64,000 nucleotides of DNA from the NCBI GenBank assembly GCA_965637545.1, contig OZ281496.1:13578001-13642000 (forward strand), read 5' to 3'. Both the position numbers and the translations under genes were made by a program. Of this stretch, positions 48,651-61,467 are shown piece after piece (the stretch's first letter is position 1; every line of letters begins with the position of its first letter). Source of the stretch: Phallusia mammillata (taxonomy: Eukaryota). The notes beneath the pieces are model-generated. The model was not told the DNA's origin. It searched no databases and saw only the letters and a list, made by a program, of their open reading frames with translations.

Positions 48651-49639
48651 TAGGAGTCTCAAACTTTTTGGGGGCGAAAAACATTTTTACGTTAATAAAG
48701 GGCCGTATCTATGGCCGTACTATTGGAACTTTTTGTAAAAGTAATATGAACAAAAACATTACGTGCTTAAAACTGTTGTGCGTTTATGTCATTTCATGTA
48801 TATGAAACACTTGTAATGCAAGAAACAGATATACAGTGTAGTAAACTAAAAAACAAGTGCAATAAACTGCCGGCAGCACACCCAGACACACCGGCGGCAC
48901 ACCCAGCATCGTCTTGCGGCACATCGGTTGCGGAGCACTGCCCTAAAGGAGCGCGGACCCCAGTCTGAGAACCGCTGCGTTCATCATTTTTGCGATCCAA
49001 ACACTTCTATTCCGGAATAAATTAGAATATTGGGAAGTCACACGGACAGCGACACGAGAAAACGTTACATATGATACCCTGTTTAGTTAAGTTCTTTTTT
49101 AACCAAAAAAATTAAACGATGGGAGTCACTAGGAGAAAAATGCCACTGTACTTGTGTGGTTTTGCATTTGCTATTGTCGAGTTATAATTGTATTGTCTCT
49201 ATCGTTGTATGTTTGAAAGTTAAGTTTTGTAACAAACAAACGTAAGGACACATAAACAATTTATCATAAATCTAAAATACCTCTTATGTAACGATTTTGT
49301 CACTTTAATAACAGCGTGTCAACAAAAAGATAAGAATTATCAGTGTTGCCAAATCATTTGAAAACATGACCAAATTTCTAGTGATTTTAAAATGGCCTCG
49401 ATTTTTGACTTGCCTGTAGGTGCGTGCCTACTTTGCCGTAGGTTAAACCAGCACTGAGGAAGGGGTTAAAGCATTATTAAATGGGCAAAAAGTAACACTG
49501 AAGGGATCAATTGCACAAATTTCCCTAGACACAACCTTGCTGCACATTCATTGTTTGGATTTACTGAAAAGTGTTTTGGTCACACAACATTTGTTTCAAG
49601 ATATTGTCATTGGCATTTACTATTGGGTGTCGAACCACT

Positions 49640-49770
49640 ATGTCAACTTCCAATCCTATTTTCAACCACATGGCTGTGTCAAGCAGGGTTTAGTGCAATG
49701 TGTTTATTGAAAACGAAGAATCGCAATCGATTGGAAGTGGAGCATGATATGCGGTTAAGTTCTCACTAAC
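49640..49770 (+). pseudogene. Charlie-type hAT transposase C-terminal relic
   Basis: ILFSTTWLCQAGFSAMCLLKTKNRNRLEVEHDMRL. Confidence 0.7.
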
Positions 49771-50082
49771 AGTTCAAACTAAAGGCCGGTCACACAGGAC
49801 GTAGCGAAGTTGAGCGAAGGGGGTGTTCTCACCGGACGTAGCTAAGTTGGGCGAACGGTTAACTTTTTGTTGAAGGTTGTACAAATACCACAACTGTTTG
49901 ACGGAAGATATAAATGTTATTAATTATTTATCTGACACAAATGCCTTTATGTATGAATTGTATCAAAGTAATTTAAATTAATTGCTATTGTGACGTCATC
50001 AGATTAACACACGTTTTGACGGGAAAAAACTATACGTTTGAAGTTTAAGTGCTAGAAGGTATTGTTATTGCTGGAAATAAAG

Positions 50083-51410
50083 ATGAACAACCGCTCCGCA
50101 TTGAAAAGGGCCCGAGTAGTTCGATTACTCGCCATTCTTCGCCTTTCTAGTCAGAGCAGAACAGGTAGAAGCATCTGGATGAAGACTACCAGACAGCGAC
50201 GACCTGTTTTAAGTAAGTGAATGTTGCTGTTGCCTAAAACCACTTTAAAAAAAAATTAGCAGGAGGTTTAATTCTTTCAGGTGAATATTATCGCCTGATT
50301 CGGGAACTGCGACTTGAGCAGGTTGCAGAATTTCAGACTTATTTCAGGATGTCGCCAGCAACTTTCGACCAGTTGCTTTCGTTAGTTGGACCTCCAGTGT
50401 CCAGACAAACGACTAATTATCGGAGTCCTATTTCACCACGGTGAACAAGTTGCAGTAACTTTGCGGTTAGTTATAAGTTGTTTTCTTGCACTTCATTTCA
50501 ACAGTAATATTTATGTTTTTGCAGGTATTTAATGGGTGGAATGACGTACGAGAGTTTGTCACATTCTTATCGCATGTCAAAGGCATCTGTTTCTACAATA
50601 ATACCTGAAACTTGCCAAGCCATTTGGCAAGTTTTGCAGCCAAACCACATGGCAAAACCAAATGCAGAGGATTTTGAACGAATTCCCTCTGATTTTCACA
50701 GGTTATGGCACTTGTCTAACTGTCTTGGTAGCATGGATGGTAAACACATCCAAGTACAGGCCCCTTCCAACTCGGGTTCCCTGTACTATAACTACAAGGG
50801 CTCTTTTAGCATTGTTTTGTTCGCAGTTGTAGATGCAAACTATCGTTTTACGATGGTGTTGACATCGGGGGATACGGCAAACAAAGCGATGGCAGCATCT
50901 ACAGCAATTCTGTATTTGGAAGGCAGTTATCAAACCACCAGTTGCCGATTCCTTTACCACAACCCTTGCCTGGATCATCGGAGCTCCTGCCATGCGTTTT
51001 TTGCTGGAGACGAAGCTTTTCAGTTACAGAAAAACTTGCTTCGTCCTTACCCAGGGAGGCAATTATCCCACCGCCAACGGGTTTTTAATTACCGGCATTT
51101 TAGGGCCAGGCGTATAAAAAACGTATTTGGTATAATGGTTTCCCGCTTTCGAGTGTTTTGCGGGCCGATTTGTTTGGTACCAGAAAGGGTGGATAATGTG
51201 GGGAAGGCGTGTGTTCTTCTTCACAACTTCCTTCGCCATGAAAGTATGTATGTTGGGCCGAGTGATCTCGACCACGAAGATAGCAGTGGCGAATTACATC
51301 CTGGCAGTTGGCGGGAGGAGTAAAAAAATAGTCTGGGGTGCATTCAAAGGGTTGGGCGACGTCATAGCACGCAAGCATTTGAAGTGAGGGAAAAGTTTGC
51401 AAAGCACTGT
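50083..51410 (+). pseudogene. Harbinger transposase pseudogene, 3 exons
   Basis: GEYYRLIRELR, FRMSPATF, MDGKHI, GDEAF, NVFGI(M); several frameshifts and a stop at 51321-51323. Confidence 0.88.
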
Positions 51411-51510
51411 CCTACTGTAGTGAAGATTTTAGTTTTCAGACTCCATTTTTTTCGATATCTGATATTCGAGTTCTGATTTTTAATTTAAACTCGCACTTCA
51501 CTACAGTAGG
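51411..51510. repeat. 100-bp element with perfect 15-bp inverted ends
   Basis: CCTACTGTAGTGAAG / CTTCACTACAGTAGG. Confidence 0.7.
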
Positions 51511-51689
51511 CACCAGCCACTTCAAGAAAAAACAATTCCTCCAGGGTCTTGTGTCTCCTCTGAAAAACAAATCAAAAACACTACATAAAAGGTCTGGTTT
51601 CAGGTACAAACTTTGTTAGGATGTACAAATTAAAACTTATTTCTAGGTTTGTGTTCTGAACAAAATACACACAAGGAAACTGCAGGTAA

Positions 51690-53055
51690 AATCATTGACT
51701 ACTATTACCTGTTTTTTTTAAAGGCATATCCATGTCTGGTTTCCTTTTTTTTTTGGTCTTTCTGGTGGAGTTGGTTGATTCCGGGGTTGACTGCGTTTCT
51801 GGTGTAGAAACAGTTTCCTGGAAATAAACTGATTCTACACCTGAAATATCACTCTCACAGGGTGAGGTCTCCTCAAAGACTGTGTTGTAGTTTGAAATTG
51901 TACTAAACAAATAAAAGCACCAGCAAGAAGGATTAAGAAATATATCCACAATCAATGTATCGTGGAATTATAAATCTCATCATATAGTTTGTGACAGTGT
52001 GCACTGTCTTTGGGTGCATTACGTTCAGTTATATATATAGCTAAGTGAGACCTAGACAAATACTCTCACCCCCTGGGCTCCATTTGTTTTTCTAAAAACT
52101 GCATCACTGGGTACAATGACCACTGCGATGCAGTTGAAGCTTCTGAGCCGGACTTTTTCAGCATTTTTTTTTCTCCCTCGTGAATTTGTCACGCAGGAAC
52201 TTCCACCTTTTTTTTCATTTCATCACCTGGTTGAAATTCAAGTTAGTGCCTATGTATTAAAGATTAAAATAAGGCATGCCATGGCTATACTGAAATGCTA
52301 TGAATATGTTATTATACAATACAATCAAATATGGGAATCCAAACAACCAAGACATGGAAAATCCCCACAGGCCATAAAGGAATCAAGGATATGCACTGCA
52401 TAAAATTAAAACAAGTGTTCCTGAATGACAGTAATGTTTGGGAATCCAAACAACCAAGACATGGAAAATCCCCACAGGCCATACAGGCATCAAGGATATG
52501 CACTGCATAAAATTAAAACAAGTGTTCCTGAATGACAGTAATGTTTGGGAATCCAAACAACCAAGACATGGAAAATCCCCACAGGCCATACAGGCATTAA
52601 GGATATGCACTGCATAAAATTAAAACAAGTGTTCCTGAATGACAGTAAAATTTGGGAATCCAAACAACCAAGACATGGAAAATCCCCACAGGCCGTACAG
52701 GCATCAAGGATATGCACTGATTAAAAACTAAAACAAGTTTTCCGTAATAACAGTAAAGTATACCCCATTCTACACACATACAATCACACCCTTATCAGTA
52801 TTTTATTAATAATTGAAATTGCACATGTTTTCAGTTTTTAGTATTCTAAGGAATCAAAAATCTAAGTATGTAGTATTCTAAATCTGTCTGTCTGCTTTTA
52901 CATCACACTACATTACATGTTTAAACTTTGCCCGATTGCTTTCCAGGCATATTCTTTCGCAAATTTGTCACGATACCCATAAAATGATAGGTCGTACAAA
53001 GACCTGTACTTTTTATTTCTTCCACAAGAATTTCATCGATAAGTTCAAAATTCAT
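51690..53055 (-). pseudogene. Harbinger family B MADF pseudogene
   Basis: MNFELIDEILVEEIKKYRSLYDLSFYGYRDKFAKEYAWKAIG; exon 2 DEMKKRWKFLRDKFTREK...QWSLYPVMQFLEKQMEPR. Confidence 0.8.
52330..52760. repeat. 107-bp tandem array (~4 units) in MADF intron 1
   Basis: GGGAATCCAAACAACC at 52333, 52440, 52547 and 52654. Confidence 0.95.
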
Positions 53056-53074
53056 CTTTCTCTGCTTGTGCTCC

Positions 53075-53290
53075 TATGTTTGTGATCGTTGGGCCATATG
53101 TGATCAATACATGTACTACGAGTGTTTGTTATGCGTGTAGGTTTGTTTAACAGTGGAATAAACGAATTTTCAAAAAGTGATGTGGTAAAATCATCTACAT
53201 GTATATCTTCAAATTTTGATAAATTAAAGTTAAAATCACCCAGAATGTAGGCTATATACACATGCCAAATTGGTTAACATTATTAAAGAC
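53075..53290 (-). pseudogene. LINE APE endonuclease fragment
   Basis: YILGDFNFNL...NKPTRIT...CIDHIW; related to the 14650-18857 LINE. Confidence 0.8.
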
Positions 53291-53385
53291 AGTTTTGGTT
53301 AGTATGTACAAAAAGAGCAGTATTTTCTTGTAGTGAACACAGACGGACTTCCATTGTTTAAAGGCTCTCCATACTACAAGCTGTA

Positions 53386-53875
53386 AGGCCCGTTCACACC
53401 GGACGTAGCGTAGCGAAGTCGGCGAAGTTAAGCGAACCTTTCGCTACAATGGATTTCATTGGGACTGTTCACACCGGATGCAGCCTTCGCTCAATTTCGC
53501 CGAGGTTTCGTGCGCGTAGCGAAAAAGTTGGGCGAAGGCTCCTGTACAGTAATTTTTTGCCAGGAACTTTGCCGAAAACTTTGTTTGTCAGTAAAAAAGA
53601 ACAGTTGGCTGTTTAAAAAAATGTAAAACTGGTAGTTAATTATTTTAAATGGATAAAAATCCTGCTTAAATTTAAAGTAACTTAATTGGGCGATGTTGAA
53701 ATGTTTCTCTGTGGCTGAGATTTTGATTGACAAGGTCAAGGGGTCACGTTAGACGACAATTTGGTTAGTTGGAAGTTATTTTTAATCAAGTTGCTTAGAC
53801 CTTGTTCATTTAAGTTTTTTGTTCGGCAGTTAAGTACAAAAAAATGGATTTTGAGCTAGTGGATGAAATACTGAG
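53386..53875 (+). mobile_element. Harbinger family B-related terminus with MADF start
   Basis: AGGCCCGTTCACACCGGACG end, GCGAAG repeats, CAAGGTCAAGGGGTCA block shared with 23170, and MDFELVDEIL. Confidence 0.7.
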
Positions 53876-54465
53876 AAGATTGGTGCTTCGCGTGTGAGCT
53901 CACAAGATGATTGCCCACAAGTTTGACTGCGTGATAAAAACTGGCGAATCGGGAGCAAGTTGCACTCCTAGGTTGATCTCTAACTTCTGTTATATGTGGA
54001 CGTTTTGTTGACTCCCGCTTACTGTATCTTTTTATTTATATGTGATTTTGTCGTCGAGAAGAAAATATTAGGTTACCGCCATCACAATATTGCAAACCGA
54101 CCAATTCCCCTTGAGCAACTAAATAGTCAAAAAGGTCTAGTCATTAAAAGTTTAGAGCAACTGATACATTGGATCAGTCAAACCGCAGACGGCGGAAAAG
54201 ATTGCTTGTTTTTCCCAATTTCGAATATCCAATTTAATTGCGTCAGCACTTTGGACGGATTGGGAAAAAGTTTCTAGCCTAGAAAAAAAATTTTTTAGTA
54301 ACGAGTGTTGCGGTAATGCCAAACGCAAAAACAATTCTGAAAGTAATACAATTTGGCTTGATGGCTTTTTACCGCTTCCAGCTGACGCTTTGTAAGATAA
54401 AAACGTCGGTAGATTTTGTTTCATTTTGAACAATTAATAAAGACGTCAAAAACTTACATATTGTA

Positions 54466-55694
54466 CAGGGGCGGCTCGTGCGAGGGGGCTGCGGAGCTGC
54501 AGCACCCCCAGCAGAATTTTTCCTTGACATTCCTATTCCAAGTTGTTATAGAAATCAATCTTTAAATATAGTTTTTATTTTTGATCAGTGTATAATAATA
54601 ATAATAATTTTTATGGCATTAATCGGCATTTCATTAAAAAAAAAATTTGTATTATTCATGCCGGGCGAAATAGGCGAGAGGGGGCTGTGGCTCGCGCAGC
54701 CCCTCTCGTGACGTAGCGCTAGTTGTGCTGTCTGCTTCGCGTCACTGAGCTCCAAAGTCAAACCCGTGTAGCGAGTCTCAGGTTAGCATTCTTAGACAAG
54801 GCTTACAGTTATAAATTATTCTTCCAGCTATTGTATTTGATCACGTTTTACAGTTATTTATGAATTTGAACAAACCATGGCTTTTCAAGATTCGGGTTGT
54901 GTGACTGTAAGTGAGCTTCAGCAGCTCAAGTTTTCACAACTATCATCGGCTGAAAAAGTTAGCATAAAGAAAAAAGGGCGTCCAACACCTGCTATTCCAG
55001 TATGTCAATCAGGAATAAGCAATCAAAAGAAATACATACGCAGTTTTAATTGTGAATGGTACAAAAAAAAAATGGCTTTGTGGCTGTGAAGTTAAAAATG
55101 CACTGTTATGTTTTCCATGTTTGCTGTTTGGAGACAATGAAACATGCTGGACAAAGGAAGGTTTTAGAAACATAGGCAGAATAAATGAAAAAGCAGAAAG
55201 ATAAGCAATCAAAAGAAATACATACGCAGTTTTAATTGTGAATGGTACAAAAAAAAATGGCTTTGTGGCTGTGAAGTTAAAAATGCACTGTTCTGTTTTC
55301 CATGTTTGCTGTTTATTTCATTTTCATTAATTTGTTCTAAGTTCTGCAAAAACAATAGTGTCACATTAGCTGTACACACAAAAGACACACATTAAAAAAA
55401 ATAGGCCTTACTTCTTGAAAAAAAAAAAAACTTCCCTGGGCAACCATCTGTGAACAAATAATACATTACATGGTTTGCATGAAAAATGATTATATCTTGT
55501 TTACTTAGCTGTAGGGGGACTCTTCTTCAACCTTAAAAAGTATGGCATAAAATATATAACCTACTTTCCAATAAAACTAATTTTCAAAAATTCACTAACC
55601 TTCAAAGTCACGTGTATTACGGTGTCAATTTTCCATGGAAAATACACAGTCTCGGAGCAGCACCCCCAGTAATTTTAGGCACGAGCCGCCACTG
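54466..55694 (+). mobile_element. ZMYM1-like hAT deletion derivative
   Basis: TIR CAG(G/T)GGCGGCTCGTGC (15/16); MAFQDS...FNCEWY...LCFPCLLF paralogous to 4139-4438; no TSD. Confidence 0.8.
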
Positions 55695-55900
55695 GACAGT
55701 AGTTTCCTAGACTCAAGTAACGAACTACTGACGTTTCCAGCAAACTTGTCGAACACGAGGCGCGAAACTATTCTCATGATAGCGCTATTTACACTGAAAT
55801 TTACAAAATGGGAAAACGGTGGACAAAAAAGTAATTTGCAATGTAACAGACTAGAAGCAAGATTCAACAAATTAGATAAGAAACCAAAATAGCAATAATT

Positions 55901-56083
55901 TCAATTTGCTGACCTATACACCTCCATGTTGCGATGAGCAATGGTTGGTGGCAGATGTTCCATGTTTTCTTTTTCCAATAGCTTCCCTATATGGGAAAGT
56001 AAAAACTCGGCCTCTGTCAAAAATGGCCATTGTGTCAGCACCATTTGGACAGGGGAGTTTTTATTTATTAATTCCAGTTGCAT
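55901..56083 (-). pseudogene. Possible CACTA/EnSpm accessory-ORF relic
   Basis: QLELINKNSPVQMVLTQWPFL...LLSHIGKL resembles, by eye, the IN...P...V..EWPFL...HF..L motif. Confidence 0.3.
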
Positions 56084-58068
56084 AAAGTAAGTTTGCTTTT
56101 AGATTTTAGTATGTTATTCCACTCAGATTTTGCTCAAACTCTTCATGTGTAACTTGCATGCAATCGAAACCTACATATTTCTACACTACAGATTAAATTT
56201 GAGTCCATTACTGAACTTTAGCTTTAATGAGAAAAGATTTAAAGTTTTGTCAAAAAGAAATCTGCACCATCTCTATATCCAGCAACTGTAAACACCGTCC
56301 AAAATAAAATCTAACATTAACTCTAAACAAGTAACACTATTTGCAGAACATGCTTGAAATACGGTCACGTGGACGTAAAAAAAACTTACGTTTCGTGTCC
56401 GTAAAAGATTACGTACGTTTTTCCAGTAAAATTTACGAGTTTTTTTACAGTGTAATGTTACAAAACAAGAAGATTTTGTTTTGACAATAATTGTTTTAAT
56501 TGGTCTGTTTCCAGTTTTGCAACCTGCTACAAACGACAGGCCTAACAAACACAAAAAAACCTTTGTGCGCATGCGGGAAATGTTCATATCGACCAAAAGG
56601 CGAAAGCAAATTGGTCAACTAAGAACCTGCAAAAAAATCGCATTAGTATGAAGCTAACACTAACATCTGGTGGAAGTCAAAACGCTTAGGTTTCATTTCT
56701 GATAGCAATTGTTGTTTTTGGCGTGTTTGCAGTTTTTGTTTAAAAATATTCACCCATGTGGGAATGTTCATATCGTTCAGAAGCTAAAAGAGAGTTGATC
56801 AACCAAGAATCTGCACAGAAACGGTATGAATAATTCATCTGTAATGTCCAATGCATGTTTGATTTTGTTTATTGTTACCTTTGTCTTGTCAAGTCATTCA
56901 GCTACAACAAAGGTACTCTTGGGTTAACTGCCATTCCTTGCAGTTACGTTAATCTTGCAGTCTTTAGCGGTCAAACTAGTGCTTGCAACAACGTGTATGC
57001 TTGACTGTACGAAGCTTGTGAGGAAATCGGCCATAAGCTTACAAGGAATGTAACAATGCAACGGTTTACTGTACAAAGCTCGTTAGGAAACCTGTATTTC
57101 GCCAATTCGGTACATCACTAGTTAAAATTTAGGTTTAGCATTTAACCTGCGATAATCGCCACAAGGGCGCCAACCTGTACCATCTTTAGGGACCATATGT
57201 AAAGGCGAAGCCCAGGGACTCGCTGATCTTTGAATTATTCCCATGTCTAGCATTTTGTTAAATTCTTGCTTGGCTATGACCAGTTTTTCAGGAGATAAGC
57301 GGCGAGCCCTTGAATGCACCGGTGGTCCTGTTGTCACGATCAAAAAGCGTTGACAGGTATTTTTATCTCACACATAAAATAAATTGTTGATTTGGCCAGT
57401 CGCTGACGATGTTAGGAGCGACCGGCTGGTAAGTTTCCCTGCCAGCTGCAAGGTTTCTGACACTTTATAGCTTTTTCACCCAAACGGTCGAGATAAAAGC
57501 ATAGTCCAGGCTGCTTTTTGGACCTAAACGTGTAGTTCATAGGCACTTCTACATCCCATTTGTTGATTTTTGATATTTGCAATTCATGCACTTTCGCCTG
57601 CCAAAGCACATCAGCTCGTAGAGCAAGTTTCCGAGGATCAGCAAAGCTTTCTTTTGCTAGAATCAAACGTATATCTTCTGGCAAAGCTTGCAAGAATATA
57701 TATCGAAACAAAAAGCAGTTAGCATGGCCACACATCAGAGACAGCATCTCATCCATAAGTTGCGAAGGCTTCTTATCTCCGAGATCGTTTATACGAAATA
57801 ATTTTGCGGCTCTTTCATATTCAGAAAGACTGAATATGCTCAGAAGTCGCTGCTTAATCGTGGTGTATTTTTCTTCTTCTAGTAAATCAATCAACCTACT
57901 TGCTGATCAAGTGACGCAACCACATAATAGTACTTGGTTTGATCGCATGTAATTTTCTTTAGGGCAAATTGTGCTTCCTTGGCTGTTCTGCCCAAAAAGT
58001 GGGCAGTTTAACAGACACAGCGTTTTCTTGGTTTGTCATCTTTGAAGCAAGATAAAACGTATCTTGTA

Positions 58069-58081
58069 GTCGGGGTCACCA
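58069..58081 (-). promoter_or_regulatory. Primer-binding site, tRNA-Trp type
   Basis: TGGTGACCCCGAC, 3 nt after the LTR end; complementary to the tRNA-Trp 3' end (as in the avian retrovirus PBS). Confidence 0.8.
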
Positions 58082-58084
58082 ATA

Positions 58085-58213
58085 TGTAGCGAAGTTGTTT
58101 TTATTAAGCGTGTCCGGTTAAGAATGAATCGTGACACGTCAAAACGAGACAGGTAAACACAACACGAGAAAAAAGGCGTTTCTTGCAAACGTAATGCGTG
58201 TGTCGTCACCACA
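58085..58213 (-). repeat. Short 5' LTR (~129 bp)
   Basis: TGT...ACA ends, AATAAA near the 3' end, adjacent PBS. The outer boundary is inferred because there is no second LTR. Confidence 0.6.
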
Positions 58214-58225
58214 ATATTGTGTTTA

Positions 58226-59952
58226 GGCTAGATCCACACACACGCTCGCGCGCCAGCGCATACTTGGTTTGTTCTTTTATAGCCAGCGTTTTACGCCGGC
58301 GCGCGAGCGTACGCTTTCGACTCGGCTGCAAAGCGTGAGGTTTCGCCCGCAAGGTGGCGCGGAGCTTGAAACCACGCTCGCGTTTTGCCGAGCGCGCGAG
58401 CGCTGGCTAAATAAATTTGATTTAGCTCACGCCGGCAAGCCAGCGCATTTGTGAAATGTCAACTTCTGATGTTTAGAAACTTTACCTGCTGGACGAAATG
58501 TATATCATGTGTGTAATGTATATTGATTTTAGGGCAGGAAATGTATATGTAGTTCTATTTTTTTAAGTCGAGAAAACCGAAATACCAATTTGAATGTCCT
58601 CTCTTGCAATGATGGCTGGCACCTGTTCACACATTAATGGTATACAGTTGCTTTTAGGGACACGTACCCGTTAACTTCCCTGATAGTCTTTGTTCGTGTT
58701 TAATGAGTTTTTCGTATCCCGCTGCTCTATTCGTATTCGTTTTTGCGCTCCCACAAAACCATTTCATTGTTCTGAAGTAGCCCTAACAGTTCAGCAAAAT
58801 AAGACTTATCCACTATTCAGCATGGTTTTGTCAATTTACAGCAATCAGGAATTGTTAAATTGTATTGTATGTGTTCAAGCCTACCCGCAAGACATGGTTA
58901 AAAATGCCTGGAAGAAAATAATTTTGAAAGGTAATATATGTGGTAAGTTTGGTTATGCATTTTGGAAACTTGTAGGAATATAATTATAAAACTGACATTG
59001 CCTTGTATATGTGAAGGTGAAGATGTAAACACAGCCAAGGTTGTATTTAGGAGTTTAAAAAATATAAACGGAAAAAGGATAGCAAACATTGGTTTCTTTT
59101 ATTTCTAAAAACTTTACAAAATACTTTCAACAGGAAAGCATGAAACACCAGTAAAAAAGAGGTTCAGGCTAGGTCATCACTCTAAAAACTGGCTGATGCT
59201 GAAAAACATTGTGTTACTTATCTTGGAACACTGGAAATGAAGGTATTTTTTAATTGTAAAAGTATTATTTTTGCCAATATACACATTAACAAACAGATAG
59301 ACAAATGTTTACTCATATGTTTGTTTTCAGATACAACTGATCAGTTTGTGCCACACTGGCCTTTTCCCTAGAAGGATTTGATGGAAAGAAATATTGTAAA
59401 TGGTTTATGAAGCAGAAGAAGACTGATTATATAATTGTTTTTAGTTCAACATGTTTGTGTGGTTTATGTTTAGATGAATTAACTTTTTAGCAAGTTTGGT
59501 TTGTTAAAACTGCATTTAACCTTTTTGCAACACATTTATTTGGAACTACCAAGTTTGCTTTTTTTTCATGATGTCATGGTTTATAACTCTTGCAAATAAA
59601 ACAAATTGGAGCATTTTTTAAACTATGTTTATTGGTAGCAAAACACATGTTAATTTTTCCAAAGGAAACTTCCTTCTCACTGTTATAAGTATACCAGACA
59701 GAACTAAATTCAAATTATAATAAATAATAAGGATAGAAAGAATAACCTTTATCTATATTAACCCATACGGTACAGCCAAACATTGACTATATGAAAAGCA
59801 CATGTAAAAGAGATCCTAGTTAAAGTGCGGCTGTGTGAGCCGGAGCGCCAGCGCGCGAGCTCGAGTTTTATGTCTGTGTGGACGTCACTGCGCCAGCGGG
59901 GCAGCTCGTGGGCGTACGCTAAGCTCGCGAGAAATCCTGTGTGGATCTAGCC
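58226..59952. mobile_element. Non-autonomous PIF/Harbinger element
   Basis: 15-bp TIR GGCTAGATCCACACA, TTA TSD on both sides, GCGCGAGC subterminal repeats, weak MADF relic (KNAWKKI). Confidence 0.88.
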
Positions 59953-61039
59953 TTACAGACAACATGCTACTGCATCGAGAACTGCGCGGACTTTGGGCTG
60001 GTTTCAGTACGTTAATCAATTTCACACTCACAAAGCACTACTTCGACTTTTTTAGTTTAATTTTGATCAGATTAGCTTTTAAGACCGTGTCAAAGTTTCT
60101 AAATCAAAAAAGGTACCCACAAAGCACAAATTCAATTTTTGTTTTATTAGGTGTGTCATAGTTCCTAAATAAACAAAGGTAAAGTATTTTTTACATAAAA
60201 ACTAATGTTGTAAACCTACATTTTTAGTGCTAAACCCAAACTCACAAGCTTTTAAATTGGTCTGAGGTTGAAAGTTTAAATGTGTAGCTCCAAACGACAA
60301 TGAAAAGTCGATATAAATGTGTTTTGTTGCAAAGTTATGCTTAATTTAAGCCCCACTTGTTTTTAACTAAGCCTGAACCCGACCAGGCGGCTTACAAATC
60401 TAACAAAATGTTTTTTTAGTGGCCCGAAACTGCCTGGCCTGTAAAGCGCGAGGGCTCTGCGGTTCCAAAGATGTAGAGCAACAAACACCAAATAAAACCA
60501 ACAAATGAAACCTGTCCTGAAGGCGCAATAAAAAATTGTTGGTGGAAATACTTTTTTATTTTACATACATGAGTAACTGAGTTAAGCTGGACAAGGTTTG
60601 GTTTATTTTGCTTTTTGCATGGTTTGTTAAATTCTTTTGTTTAGATAGTTCATAACAATTACTTGCTTTTCTTTCTTAAGTCTTTAGCTTTACATAGTGG
60701 CGGAACCGTTTGGCAATTTTTTTGTTATCTTGGGTGACCAGTGACGAACTTTTTTTGATTTGCTGATGCACTTACAGTCCCCAAAACAGCCTATTCGCAA
60801 GTTGGTTGATAACTATTTCCAGGTCACAATAAGATGACAATCTTATAAAAACAAACAAAGTATTTCTCTAAAAAGTGCATCTTTAGTGTGTATAAAGCGC
60901 AATAAAAGGGATTAAAATTGGAAAAAGCTAATTGCTCTTTCGCCAACACGATCATTCTTCAACTAGAAAAAAGCGCAGCCGACTGAATAGACAGTGAACC
61001 CGCAATAAAATATAAGCAAATTGTTACGCAGTCCTCTTA

Positions 61040-61230
61040 ACAGGTCACTGATAGTAGGAAACTGCTGTTTAAATTTACCAGACATTGATTGATCAACAAC
61101 TTCTCGTGCTGGCCATGTACTGAATAATTTCAGCTGAGGGTCACAACGCTTGATAGCCACCCTCCATTTCTCCAGTGGAAATTTATGGTCTCCTTTATTT
61201 TCCAGTCAATTTGGCACACAACAGTATCAG
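61040..61230 (-). pseudogene. THAP + DDE_Tnp_4 (ISL2EU-like) transposase relic
   Basis: YCCVPN*...HKFP...AIKR joined to WPAREVVDQSM...FKQQFP. Confidence 0.55.
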
Positions 61231-61467
61231 CAATATGATTAAATTTCTTTAACTTTTCTTTTAAACGTTCGACTTCATCAAACAGAAGCAATACAAATCA
61301 GCTGCTCACAATAACCGTTGCGTGGCGACATGGTACGGTCATTTAATATTTTAGTTACCCACCCCATTGACATGGGTAGAGCTTAACAGTGAGCTTCAGC
61401 TTTAGCCCGGCCAAGGAATTTCTGGTGGGTGGCGCAACGGACCATAGGCGCGAAAAATGACGACAGT

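Larger units (their letters stand above)
49783..53070. mobile_element. Harbinger family B, decayed, right end missing
   Basis: TAA then AGGCCGGTCACAC terminus; convergent transposase (+) and MADF (-) genes. Confidence 0.85.
57122..58213 (-). mobile_element. Gypsy LTR retrotransposon 5' remnant (LTR, PBS, gag, start of RT)
   Basis: gag LGDKKPSQLMDEML...FLQALPEDIR plus a knuckle relic CFYLDRLGEKAIKC; pol IVTTGPPVHSRARRL...SPWASPLHMVPK...RPCGDYRRLN. Confidence 0.9.

Noticed and set aside
52330-52760. CRISPR-like periodicity
   Set aside because: Whole 107-bp units are repeated without unique spacers, inside a eukaryotic intron; no cas genes.
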